From an uncultured Pseudorhodobacter sp. (GTDB lineage: Bacteria; Pseudomonadota; Alphaproteobacteria; Rhodobacterales; Rhodobacteraceae): 32,742 nucleotides of DNA. The notes beneath the pieces are model-generated. The model searched no databases. It was not told the DNA's origin and saw nothing but the letters and a program-made list of their open reading frames with translations. The position numbers were made by a program, and so were the translations under genes. The stretch is taken from the NCBI GenBank assembly GCA_965363575.1, contig CBDTUV010000001.1, positions 1 to 32,742 on the forward strand, read 5' to 3'. Shown one piece after another: positions 9,514 to 17,452 of the stretch (its first letter is position 1; each line of letters starts with the position of its first letter).

Positions 9514-10175
9514 CCTGTAGTCAACTTATAGCCAAGCCCGCGCACTGTCTCAATGCGCGCGGCCGACCCCACCAGTTTCTTGCGCAACCGGCCCACATAA
9601 ACCTCTATCGCGTTGTCGCTGACGGTTTCGGCATAGGAAAACAGCCGGTCACACAACTGATCCTTACTGAAAATCCTATCCGGCGCGCCCAGCATGATTT
9701 CAAATAACCGCAGCTCGCGGTTTCGCAGATCGCGGGCCTCGCCTGCGATGGTCACGGTGGCGGTCAGCGGGTTGAACGACAGGTCGGCATAGATTCGCAC
9801 GGTCTGTGCCGCCCCACCCCTGCGGCGCAAAACCGCGCGGACCCGCGCCTCTAGTTCGGCAAAATCAAAAGGTTTGGTAATATAATCATCGGCCCCGCTG
9901 TCCAGCACATCCACCCGGTCCGACACCGCCGCCCGCGCGGTCATCACGATCACCGGCGTGTCGCGGCCTGCCCGCCTTTGCGCTTGTAAAAACGCACGCC
10001 CATCGCCATCGGGCAGCATAATGTCCAACAATATCAGATCATAGGATGCCGCGGCCAAACAGTCCTGCGCCTCGGCCAAGGTGCCCGCGCTATCCACGCC
10101 ATGCCCGTCCAACGCCAGCAAATCGCGTACAGACCTTGCCAGTTCCACACTATCTTCGACCAGCAAAAATCGCAC
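9510..10175 (-). CDS. tctD: OmpR-family response regulator, TctD-like
   Basis: GTG start at 10175 with GGGAG upstream; RFLLVED, LILLDIMLPDGDG, GADDYITKPF, NAIEVYVGRLRKKL, IETVRGLGY. Confidence 0.9.
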   Translation of the reverse strand: MRFLLVEDSVELARSVRDLLALDGHGVDSAGTLAEAQDCLAAASYDLILLDIMLPDGDGRAFLQAQRRAGRDTPVIVMTARAAVSDRVDVLDSGADDYITKPFDFAELEARVRAVLRRRGGAAQTVRIYADLSFNPLTATVTIAGEARDLRNRELRLFEIMLGAPDRIFSKDQLCDRLFSYAETVSDNAIEVYVGRLRKKLVGSAARIETVRGLGYKLTTG

Positions 10176-10199
10176 GTTTCTTTTGACTCCCCACGCCCA

Positions 10200-10219
10200 T
10201 GACAGGTTAGTGTCAGCTT
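10200..10219. promoter_or_regulatory. Candidate TctD operator
   Basis: TGACAGGTT-ag-TGTCAGCTT: an 11-bp-period direct repeat (also TGACA-N6-TGTCA inverted) in the short divergent tctD/tctC spacer. Confidence 0.55.
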
Positions 10220-10295
10220 TGACGGGAATCGTCGACCTTGCAAGGGCCAGCGTACGCGCAGCCCGAACGCATGAAAAATGTCTGGGAGGACTCAT

Positions 10296-11264
10296 ATGAA
10301 AACGACCATGTTCAAGGTGCTTGGCACCACAGCCCTTTTGTCCGCGATGGCCACAAGCTCGGCTTTTGCAACCGAATGTATCGCACCAGCGAACCCCGGC
10401 GGCGGCTGGGATTTCACTTGCCGTCAAATCGCTAACATCATGTATGAGATCAAGGCGATCGACGCTCCGATGCAGGTGACCAACATGGCCGGCGGTGGCG
10501 GTGGCGTGGCATTCTCGGCTGTTGTGGCCGACCACAACGAAGACCCAGACGTGATCGTCGCTGCGTCTTCGGCAACCACCACCCGTCTGGCACAAAACGC
10601 CTTTGCTGGTATGACTGCTGACCAGGTACGCTTTGTGGGTGCCATCGGTGCTGATCCGGGCGTGATTGTTGTAGCCAAGGACAGCCCGTTCCAGAACCTG
10701 GGCGATATGGTTGCCGCGATCAAGGCTGATCCGGGTTCGGTTGCCTTTGCAGGTGGCTCGGCTGTTGGTGGTTTTGACCATATGAAGCCGTTGCAGATCA
10801 TGAAGGCCGCTGGCTTTGATGACATCACCAAGATCAAGTATATTGGTGTTGACGGTGGTGCAGATGCGATCACCCAAACCGTTGGTGGCTTTACCCAAGC
10901 GATGACCGGCGACATGTCGGAAATCGTGGGCTTTGTGAAGTCGGGCGATGTACGTGTTCTGGCCGTATTGACCGAAGAGCGTGTACCGGGCTTTGACGAT
11001 ATCCCTACCGCACGCGAGCAAGGCTTTGACGTGGTCGCGGTTAACTGGCGCGGCGTTTATGTGCCAAAGGGCATTTCCGATGACCAGTTCAACACATGGG
11101 CTGAACGCTTGAAGGCCGTCGCTGACAGCGAGCAGTGGAAAACCGCTATGGCCGAAAATGGCTTGGCTCCCTTCACCAAAGTGGGTGGCGATTTCCAATC
11201 TTGGGTCGACAACGTGATTGCTGACACGGTTGTTCTGTCCAAGGAAATCGGGGTTATCCAATAA
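10296..11264 (+). CDS. tctC: Tripartite tricarboxylate transporter substrate-binding protein (Bug/TctC)
   Basis: GGAGGA RBS; signal peptide; ECIAPANPGGGWDFTCR, NMAGGGGGVA, DIPTAREQG, VNWRG. Confidence 0.95.
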   Translation: MKTTMFKVLGTTALLSAMATSSAFATECIAPANPGGGWDFTCRQIANIMYEIKAIDAPMQVTNMAGGGGGVAFSAVVADHNEDPDVIVAASSATTTRLAQNAFAGMTADQVRFVGAIGADPGVIVVAKDSPFQNLGDMVAAIKADPGSVAFAGGSAVGGFDHMKPLQIMKAAGFDDITKIKYIGVDGGADAITQTVGGFTQAMTGDMSEIVGFVKSGDVRVLAVLTEERVPGFDDIPTAREQGFDVVAVNWRGVYVPKGISDDQFNTWAERLKAVADSEQWKTAMAENGLAPFTKVGGDFQSWVDNVIADTVVLSKEIGVIQ

Positions 11265-11704
11265 TGCGTGGTGACCGGATTTTTGGTCTGGTCATGATCG
11301 TTGTGGCGCTGGGGTATATCCTCAGCGCCACGACCATCCGCTCCAGCTTTATGTCAGACCCGGTTGGACCGCGGATTTTCCCGTATTTGATTGGCGTTGT
11401 GACGATGATGTGCGCCTTGGTGATGGTCCTGCGCCCAGACCCAGACGTTGAGTGGCCGGTTGGCAAGACCCTTTTGAGCCTTGTTGTGGCGCTGGTGGTG
11501 CTGTTTGCCTATGCCATGATGGTCAAGCCGTTGGGCTTTATCCTGCCTACGATCATCGTTTCGGGCATCCTCAGTTATCAGATCAATCCAAAACCGCAAT
11601 TGGCAGCCCTTACGGGTGTTGGCCTTGGCGTTGGGCTGTTTGTGCTGTTTAAATTCATTCTCGGCCTTGGCCTTAAGGGCCTGCCGCCTGCCCTGATGGG
11701 CTAA
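11264..11704 (+). CDS. tctB: TTT small membrane subunit TctB
   Basis: Four or five TM segments, DPVGPRIFP, PLGFI; TAATG overlap with tctC. Confidence 0.92.
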   Translation: MRGDRIFGLVMIVVALGYILSATTIRSSFMSDPVGPRIFPYLIGVVTMMCALVMVLRPDPDVEWPVGKTLLSLVVALVVLFAYAMMVKPLGFILPTIIVSGILSYQINPKPQLAALTGVGLGVGLFVLFKFILGLGLKGLPPALMG

Positions 11705-11714
11705 GGATTTTCTC

Positions 11715-13229
11715 ATGGATCTGCTGTCTAATCTCGCGCTTGGATTTTCCATCGCGCTTTCGCCTTACACGCTGGTCTTGGCGGTCATTGGTTGCTTTGT
11801 CGGTACGATCATCGGGGCACTGCCGGGGCTTGGCCCATCGAATGGTGTGGCCCTGCTTATTCCCATTTCTTTCTCAATGGGGTTTGATGCGATTTCCGCG
11901 TTGGTTTTGCTGACCTCGGTCTATTACGGGGCGATGTATGGCGGGCGTATCTCGTCTATCTTGCTGAACATTCCGGGCGATGAACCCGCGATGATGACCA
12001 CGCTGGATGGCTATCCCATGGCCAAGCAAGGCAAGGCTGGCGAGGCGCTTGTCGTCTCGGGTGTAGCATCCTTTGTTGGTGCTTTTTTGGCGACCATCGG
12101 TCTGATGCTGCTGGCCCCTTGGCTGGCACGCGTAGCGTTCCAGTTTGGTCCGGCCGAATATTTCGCACTGTATATGCTGGCGTTTTGTACGCTGGGCGGC
12201 GTGGGGTCTAACAATCAGGCCAAATCAGCGATGGCGGCCTGTATCGGGCTGGGTATCGCGATGATCGGGTTGGATAAAACCACCAACATGCAGCGCTATA
12301 CCTTTGGCAATATTCACCTGTTTGATGGCATCGACTTTCTGGTCGCCATCGTTGGGCTGTTCGCCGTGTCCGAGGTATTTCATTTCATCGAAACCCACGG
12401 CAAAAACTCGGCCATCGGGGTGAAGCTGGGCAAGGTGGTCATCCCGTGGAAAATGCTGAACGACACCAAGGGTGCCATGCTGCGCGGCTCGGGCATCGGG
12501 TTTATCGCTGGCATTTTGCCGGGGGCTGGTGCGTCTTTGGGTTCATTTTTGGCCTATATGGGCGAAAAATCCATCGCCAAGGACAAAGACAGTTTTGGCA
12601 AGGGCAACCCGCGCGGTGTCGCGGCCCCCGAGGCGGGTAACAACGCCGCCGCCGGTGGCGCGCTGATCCCGATGCTGACGCTGGGCGTGCCGGGGTCTGG
12701 CACCACCGCCGTTCTGCTGGCTTTGCTTTTGACACTGAACATCACTCCCGGACCGCTGTTGTTTACCGAGCGCCCGGATGTGGTGTGGTCGCTGATCGCG
12801 GCGCTTTTGATCGCCAACATCATGCTACTGATCATGAACGTGCCGATGGTCAAAGTCTTTGTCAAAATCCTGTCCGTGCCGTCCTATGTCTTGCTGCCCG
12901 GTGTCACGATGATTGCTTTTGTCGGCATTTATTCGCTAACTGGGTCCAGCTTTGATATGATGCTGATGGTGGCCTTTGGCGTTTTGGGCTATATCTGTCG
13001 CAAGATTGATATTCCCACAGTGCCTATCATTCTTGGCATCCTTTTGGGCAACCAGATGGAGGATAACCTGCGCCGCGCGATGATTTTGTCTGATGGCGAT
13101 TGGACCTACCTTTTCTCATCGCCGATCGCGATCGGCCTGTGGGTTGCAGCGGTTCTGGGCTTCCTTGCCCCGATTTTCTTGCGCAAGTTTCTGAAAAAGC
13201 CGCCTTTGCCTACATTGGACGAAGACTAA
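11715..13229 (+). CDS. tctA: TTT large membrane subunit TctA
   Basis: GALPGLG, YYGAMYGG, NIPG, TTLDGYPMA, GVAAPEAGNNA, IPMLTLGVPGS. Confidence 0.96.
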   Translation: MDLLSNLALGFSIALSPYTLVLAVIGCFVGTIIGALPGLGPSNGVALLIPISFSMGFDAISALVLLTSVYYGAMYGGRISSILLNIPGDEPAMMTTLDGYPMAKQGKAGEALVVSGVASFVGAFLATIGLMLLAPWLARVAFQFGPAEYFALYMLAFCTLGGVGSNNQAKSAMAACIGLGIAMIGLDKTTNMQRYTFGNIHLFDGIDFLVAIVGLFAVSEVFHFIETHGKNSAIGVKLGKVVIPWKMLNDTKGAMLRGSGIGFIAGILPGAGASLGSFLAYMGEKSIAKDKDSFGKGNPRGVAAPEAGNNAAAGGALIPMLTLGVPGSGTTAVLLALLLTLNITPGPLLFTERPDVVWSLIAALLIANIMLLIMNVPMVKVFVKILSVPSYVLLPGVTMIAFVGIYSLTGSSFDMMLMVAFGVLGYICRKIDIPTVPIILGILLGNQMEDNLRRAMILSDGDWTYLFSSPIAIGLWVAAVLGFLAPIFLRKFLKKPPLPTLDED

Positions 13230-13252
13230 GAAAGCACTTCCTCAACCCAATA

Positions 13253-13288
13253 TTTGCGCCCCTTGTATCCGCTTGCAGGGGGCGCAGA
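13253..13288. terminator. GC-rich hairpin between tctA and the AtuA-like gene
   Basis: TGCGCCCCTTGTA-tccgct-TGCAGGGGGCGCA; no U-tract on the + strand, so read-through is plausible. Confidence 0.5.
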
Positions 13289-13318
13289 CATAGCAAACCC
13301 CACCTAAGGACACGCCCC

Positions 13319-14677
13319 ATGCCCACCCGCATCCTTATTCCTTCCGGCGTTTTATGCTTGGGCTTTGATCGTGCCGCCTTGGCACGCGGGGTTGCCGCAA
13401 AACCCGATCTGATCGCCATTGATGGTGGCTCTACCGACAGCGGCCCATGGTCGCTGGGGGCTGGGCAATCCAAATACGCCCGGTCAGTCACCAAATCGGA
13501 ATGGCGCGAGTTGATGTTGGCGCGGGCCGAGGCAGGTGTGCCGTTGGTCATCGGCACTGCAGGCACCTGCGGCGCCGATGCTTGCGTCGATTGGATGTTC
13601 GATATCACGCAAGAACTGGCCAGCGAGTTGGGGCAATCCTTGACGGTCGCCCGGCTTTATTCCAACCAATCCAGCTCCCGTATCACCGACGCGCTTGCCG
13701 CGGGTCGCGTGAAACCCTTGACCCCGGCCCCCGACATCAGCGCTAGAGCCTTGGCGCAAATGACGAATATCGTGGCGCTTGCCGGGGCCGAACAGATTCA
13801 GGCCGCGCTGAACACCGGGGCCGATATCATCATCGCAGGCCGCACCACCGACACCGCGATTATCGCAGCCTTGCCTTTGATGCGCGGCGATCATGCCGGG
13901 GCCGCGTGGCACGGCGCCAAGGTGGCAGAATGTGGCGCGCTTTGTTCCACCAACCCCACTTCGGGTGTTATTATGGTCGATTTTGACGACAGCGGTTTTA
14001 CGGTTGAGCCCCTTGCCGATGGGGCCACCTGCACGCCCCATTCCGTCTCGGCCCATATGCTTTATGAAAATTCCGACCCATTTGTGTTGTATGAACCCGG
14101 CGGCCATCTGGACGTGACCCAAACCCAATACACCGCCCTTGATGCCCGCCGCACCCGCGCCACAGGGTCCAAATGGGTGCCGGGGCAATACACGGTGAAA
14201 CTGGAAGGTGCCCGCGCTGCAGGCTTTCAAACCACCCTGATCGCCGTGCTGCGCGATGCGCATTACGTGGCCAATGCGCAAGAGTGGGTGGATAAACTCC
14301 ACGCTTTCCTCGATGCCCTGATCGCCAAACGCATGGGGCTTGCGCCCGAAACCTATGACCTCGACTTCCGCCTAATCGGCGTTAACGCCGCTCTTGGGTC
14401 CATGGAAAACCGCACCGGAAACCCCACCGAAGTTGGCGTGCTTTTGATTATTACGGCCGAAACCCAAGCCCTTGCGTCTGAGATCGGCAAACTCGCCAAC
14501 CCGCACCTCCTCCACTATCCCCTGACCCAAGGTGAAGAACTGCCAACCTTTGCCTTCCCCTATTCCCCTGCCCAATCCGACCGCGGCGCGCTGTATGAAT
14601 TTGCCCTGAACCATTTGCTGGAACTCGACGACCCAATGTCCGCTTTCCGCCTAACCGTGACCGAGGTGACGCCATGA
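13319..14677 (+). CDS. AtuA-family (DUF1446-like) protein
   Basis: AAGGA RBS before ATG 13319; IAIDGGSTDSGP, IGTAGTCG, ADIIIAGRTTD, AWHGAKVAECGA, SVSAHMLYENSDP, EPGG. Confidence 0.85.
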   Translation: MPTRILIPSGVLCLGFDRAALARGVAAKPDLIAIDGGSTDSGPWSLGAGQSKYARSVTKSEWRELMLARAEAGVPLVIGTAGTCGADACVDWMFDITQELASELGQSLTVARLYSNQSSSRITDALAAGRVKPLTPAPDISARALAQMTNIVALAGAEQIQAALNTGADIIIAGRTTDTAIIAALPLMRGDHAGAAWHGAKVAECGALCSTNPTSGVIMVDFDDSGFTVEPLADGATCTPHSVSAHMLYENSDPFVLYEPGGHLDVTQTQYTALDARRTRATGSKWVPGQYTVKLEGARAAGFQTTLIAVLRDAHYVANAQEWVDKLHAFLDALIAKRMGLAPETYDLDFRLIGVNAALGSMENRTGNPTEVGVLLIITAETQALASEIGKLANPHLLHYPLTQGEELPTFAFPYSPAQSDRGALYEFALNHLLELDDPMSAFRLTVTEVTP

Positions 14678-14973
14678 CCCAAGTCTCTGACATAGCCATG
14701 AAAGTCCGGTCCAAGAACGCAGGGCCATTCTGGGTGACCATCGACGTGTTTTGCGGCAGCGCAGACGCCTATGATCGATTGCGTGCGGCTTTGAAAACCA
14801 GCGACATCGCGGCCCTGTACCAGCAACCGACCCAAATGCTTAAACGTTTCGATATCGCGGATCTGCATGTCATCAAGTTCTCATTCCCGCGTCCCGTCAT
14901 TCAAGGCCACCGCTCGGACCGCGACATGCACGGCGCTGGGTGGGCCACGCTGTTGGCTGAACTGACAGTTTGA
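14674..14973 (+). CDS. DUF4387-like small protein, partner of the AtuA-like protein
   Basis: VRSKNAGPFWVTIDVF, IKFSFPRP, DRDMHG; ATGA overlap with the upstream gene. Confidence 0.85.
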   Translation: MTQVSDIAMKVRSKNAGPFWVTIDVFCGSADAYDRLRAALKTSDIAALYQQPTQMLKRFDIADLHVIKFSFPRPVIQGHRSDRDMHGAGWATLLAELTV

Positions 14974-14975
14974 TC

Positions 14976-15539
14976 TCAGAGGTCTTTGCCGCCACCAACC
15001 ACCGCCCCAACGCTTGCAAGCCCCGCATCCACCACCGCCCGCTCGGCACGCGTTAACAGTTGCGACCGCGGATATTGCGGCTTTGCCCTATCATCCAAAA
15101 TAGGGGCCTCCCAGCCACGGGTTGTAGAAAAAAACGCATCTGCACCTTCTGCCCCGAATTCCCGCAAAAATCCTTGGATCACCACGTCGATGTAACTCAG
15201 CAAGATCGGATGCGCGACCGCAGGTGCGCTCGCTTGCGCCTTAGGCACTGAATAGACCTGAATGGGGCGTTTGCCGTCGGCGCCCGTCGCTTCTGCCAAG
15301 TGCCGCCCATAGCCGTGTTCCCGTACGTCCAACGCCGCCCAATCCCCGCCCGGCACATGCGCGATCAACCCGTGGATCGTGCAGCCCGCGTCCCGCTCGA
15401 CCGACAAATAGGCCAAGGGCCGCACCGCCGTATGCACCCACACCCTGCGCCACCCGGCCAATTGCGCAGGCTCGGCCTCACCATAGCTATGCGTGGCGCG
15501 GTTCACCAAGGATCCATAGCCAAAAAAGTAAGGGGACAT
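14976..15539 (-). CDS. Gamma-glutamylcyclotransferase (GGCT/ChaC-like) family protein
   Basis: N-terminal FFGYGSLVN, GWRRVW, LDVREHGY; GGAG RBS. Confidence 0.85.
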   Translation of the reverse strand: MSPYFFGYGSLVNRATHSYGEAEPAQLAGWRRVWVHTAVRPLAYLSVERDAGCTIHGLIAHVPGGDWAALDVREHGYGRHLAEATGADGKRPIQVYSVPKAQASAPAVAHPILLSYIDVVIQGFLREFGAEGADAFFSTTRGWEAPILDDRAKPQYPRSQLLTRAERAVVDAGLASVGAVVGGGKDL

Positions 15540-15615
15540 GTCGGTTCTCCGTTGTATGCGGTCGCATTCATTTCACGCTTGCTTGCCACCCGCCGCCGCG
15601 CTAGGTTTTCGCAAT

Positions 15616-15800
15616 CAGGATCGGGAGAATCCGGTTGGGGTGCAAGCCCTGTTCTGGTGCCGAAGGAGCAACCGCCCCGGTAAACTCTCAGGCGCAAGGG
15701 ACCGGTTCTGGTAGTGGACTCTGGAGAGTGGCGCGAAGACAAGCGCCCGCCGAAGGGATAACGATCTCAGGCGCCCTTTTTGGGTAAGGACAGAGGGGGC
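15616..15800 (+). ncRNA. Glycine riboswitch (full aptamer 1 plus shortened aptamer 2)
   Basis: Aptamer 1: GGGAGA..GCCGAAGGAGCAACCGCCCCGGTAAACTCTCAGGC..GGACCG. Aptamer 2: CTCTGGAGAG..CCGAAGGGATAACGATCTCAGGC..GGACAGAG. Directly upstream of gcvT. Confidence 0.93.
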
Positions 15801-15867
15801 ATTTTACGGACGGGATTGGCCTGTCCGCAAAGTGCCGGGGTTTTCCGGCGTGACCTAAGGGGGCTTT

Positions 15868-16995
15868 ATGGCCGAGCTGGCGCGGACGGAACTGTTTGAT
15901 CTGCATGTCGAATTGGGTGGCAAAATGGTGCCCTTTGCCGGGTATGAAATGCCCGTGCAATACCCAATGGGGGTGCTGAAAGAACACCTGCATACGCGCC
16001 AAGCCGCTGGTCTGTTTGACGTGAGCCATATGGGCCAGGTTCTGCTGCATCCCAAAACCGACATGGACGCCCTGATCGCGGGGTTTGAGGCGATGATGCC
16101 CGTAGCCGTTGCAGACGTGCCCGAAGGGCGGCAACGCTATGGGCTGTTCACCAACGACACCGGCGGGATCATCGACGATTTAATGTTTGCCAACCGCGGC
16201 GATCATTTGTTTGTGGTGGTCAATGCTGGCTGCAAAGAGGGCGACATCGCCCATATGACCAAACATCTGGCCAATGTGGCCACCGTCACCCCCGTGACCG
16301 ACCGTGCGCTGCTGGCGCTGCAAGGGCCGGGTGCCGAAGATGCCATTTCTGGCATGATCCATTCGGTCATGGCTATGCGCTTTATGGATGTTATCACCGC
16401 CCATTCGGTTTTTGGCGAGCTTTGGATTTCACGCTCGGGCTATACTGGCGAGGATGGCTTTGAAATTTCCGTCCCCAATGCCGGTGCTGTAGGCCTTGCC
16501 AAGGCACTGCTCGCCCACCCATCAGTCGCCCCTATCGGCCTTGGCGCGCGCGACAGCCTGCGGCTAGAATCTGGTTTGTGCCTTTATGGCCATGACATCG
16601 ACGCAACCATCACCCCGGTTGAGGCTAATCTTGGCTGGGCCATCCAAAAATCGCGCCGTACAGGGGGCGACCGCGCAGGCGGCTTTCCGGGCGCAGACAT
16701 TATCCTTGCACAACTGGATAACGGCCCCGAAAAACGCCGCGTTGGCCTTTTGCCGGATGGCCGCGCGCCCATGCGTGAAGGGGTCGACCTGTTTGATGCA
16801 GCGACTGGCGGCACCGCCATTGGCCGCGTCACCTCGGGTGGTTTTGGTCCCTCAATTGATGCGCCCATTGCCATGGGATTTGTGCCAACTGCCCTTGCCA
16901 CCACAGGTACCCAGCTTTGGGGCGAAGTGCGCGGCAAACGCTTGCCCGTCACAATAGCATCCCTCCCTTTCCGTCCCTCCACCTTCAAACGCTAA
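15868..16995 (+). CDS. gcvT: Glycine cleavage system aminomethyltransferase T
   Basis: MVPFAGYEMPVQY, GLFDVSHMGQ, SRSGYTGEDGFEI, GLGARDSLRLESGLCLYGHD. Confidence 0.97.
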   Translation: MAELARTELFDLHVELGGKMVPFAGYEMPVQYPMGVLKEHLHTRQAAGLFDVSHMGQVLLHPKTDMDALIAGFEAMMPVAVADVPEGRQRYGLFTNDTGGIIDDLMFANRGDHLFVVVNAGCKEGDIAHMTKHLANVATVTPVTDRALLALQGPGAEDAISGMIHSVMAMRFMDVITAHSVFGELWISRSGYTGEDGFEISVPNAGAVGLAKALLAHPSVAPIGLGARDSLRLESGLCLYGHDIDATITPVEANLGWAIQKSRRTGGDRAGGFPGADIILAQLDNGPEKRRVGLLPDGRAPMREGVDLFDAATGGTAIGRVTSGGFGPSIDAPIAMGFVPTALATTGTQLWGEVRGKRLPVTIASLPFRPSTFKR

Positions 16996-17020
16996 GCGCA
17001 AACACCAAGGAACCCCCACG

Positions 17021-17383
17021 ATGATGAAATATACCGAAGATCACGAATGGCTGCGGGTTGAAGGCGACCTAGTCGTCGTCGGCATCACCGAACATGCGGC
17101 AACCCAACTTGGCGATGTTGTGTTCGTCGAACTGCCTGAACCCGAAACCATGGTCGCCACAGGTGACGAAGTCGTTGTGATTGAAAGCGTCAAAGCGGCC
17201 TCCGATATCCTTGCCCCCGTTGATGGCGAGATTGTCGAAGTGAATGGCAAACTGTCCGACAGCCCCGGCTTGGTTAATGATGACGCCACGGGGGATGCCT
17301 GGTTCTTCAAGATGAAACTCGACGATATGTCCGTACTAGATGCGTTCATGTCCGAAGACGAATACAACGATTTTATTGGATAA
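17021..17383 (+). CDS. gcvH: Glycine cleavage system H protein
   Basis: KYTEDHEW, LGDVVFVELP, lipoyl-lysine motif IESVKAASD. Confidence 0.97.
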   Translation: MMKYTEDHEWLRVEGDLVVVGITEHAATQLGDVVFVELPEPETMVATGDEVVVIESVKAASDILAPVDGEIVEVNGKLSDSPGLVNDDATGDAWFFKMKLDDMSVLDAFMSEDEYNDFIG

Positions 17384-17452
17384 TCCGCGTCCTTCCGCCC
17401 CATAGAGGAATACCCGTGGGGCGGTGTGGGTTGCTGATATTTGGGGATGGAA

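Noticed and set aside
9510..11261. 583-aa ORF as a response regulator with a long N-terminal extension
   Set aside because: The first ~360 aa are the antisense shadow of tctC; the real gene starts at GTG 10175.
13100..13318. N-terminal extension of the AtuA-like ORF
   Set aside because: Overlaps tctA and the intergenic hairpin; the RBS supports ATG 13319.
17395..17424. Inverted repeat between gcvH and gcvP as a terminator or REP element
   Set aside because: Long loop, no U-tract and a single copy; at most an mRNA-stability hairpin.
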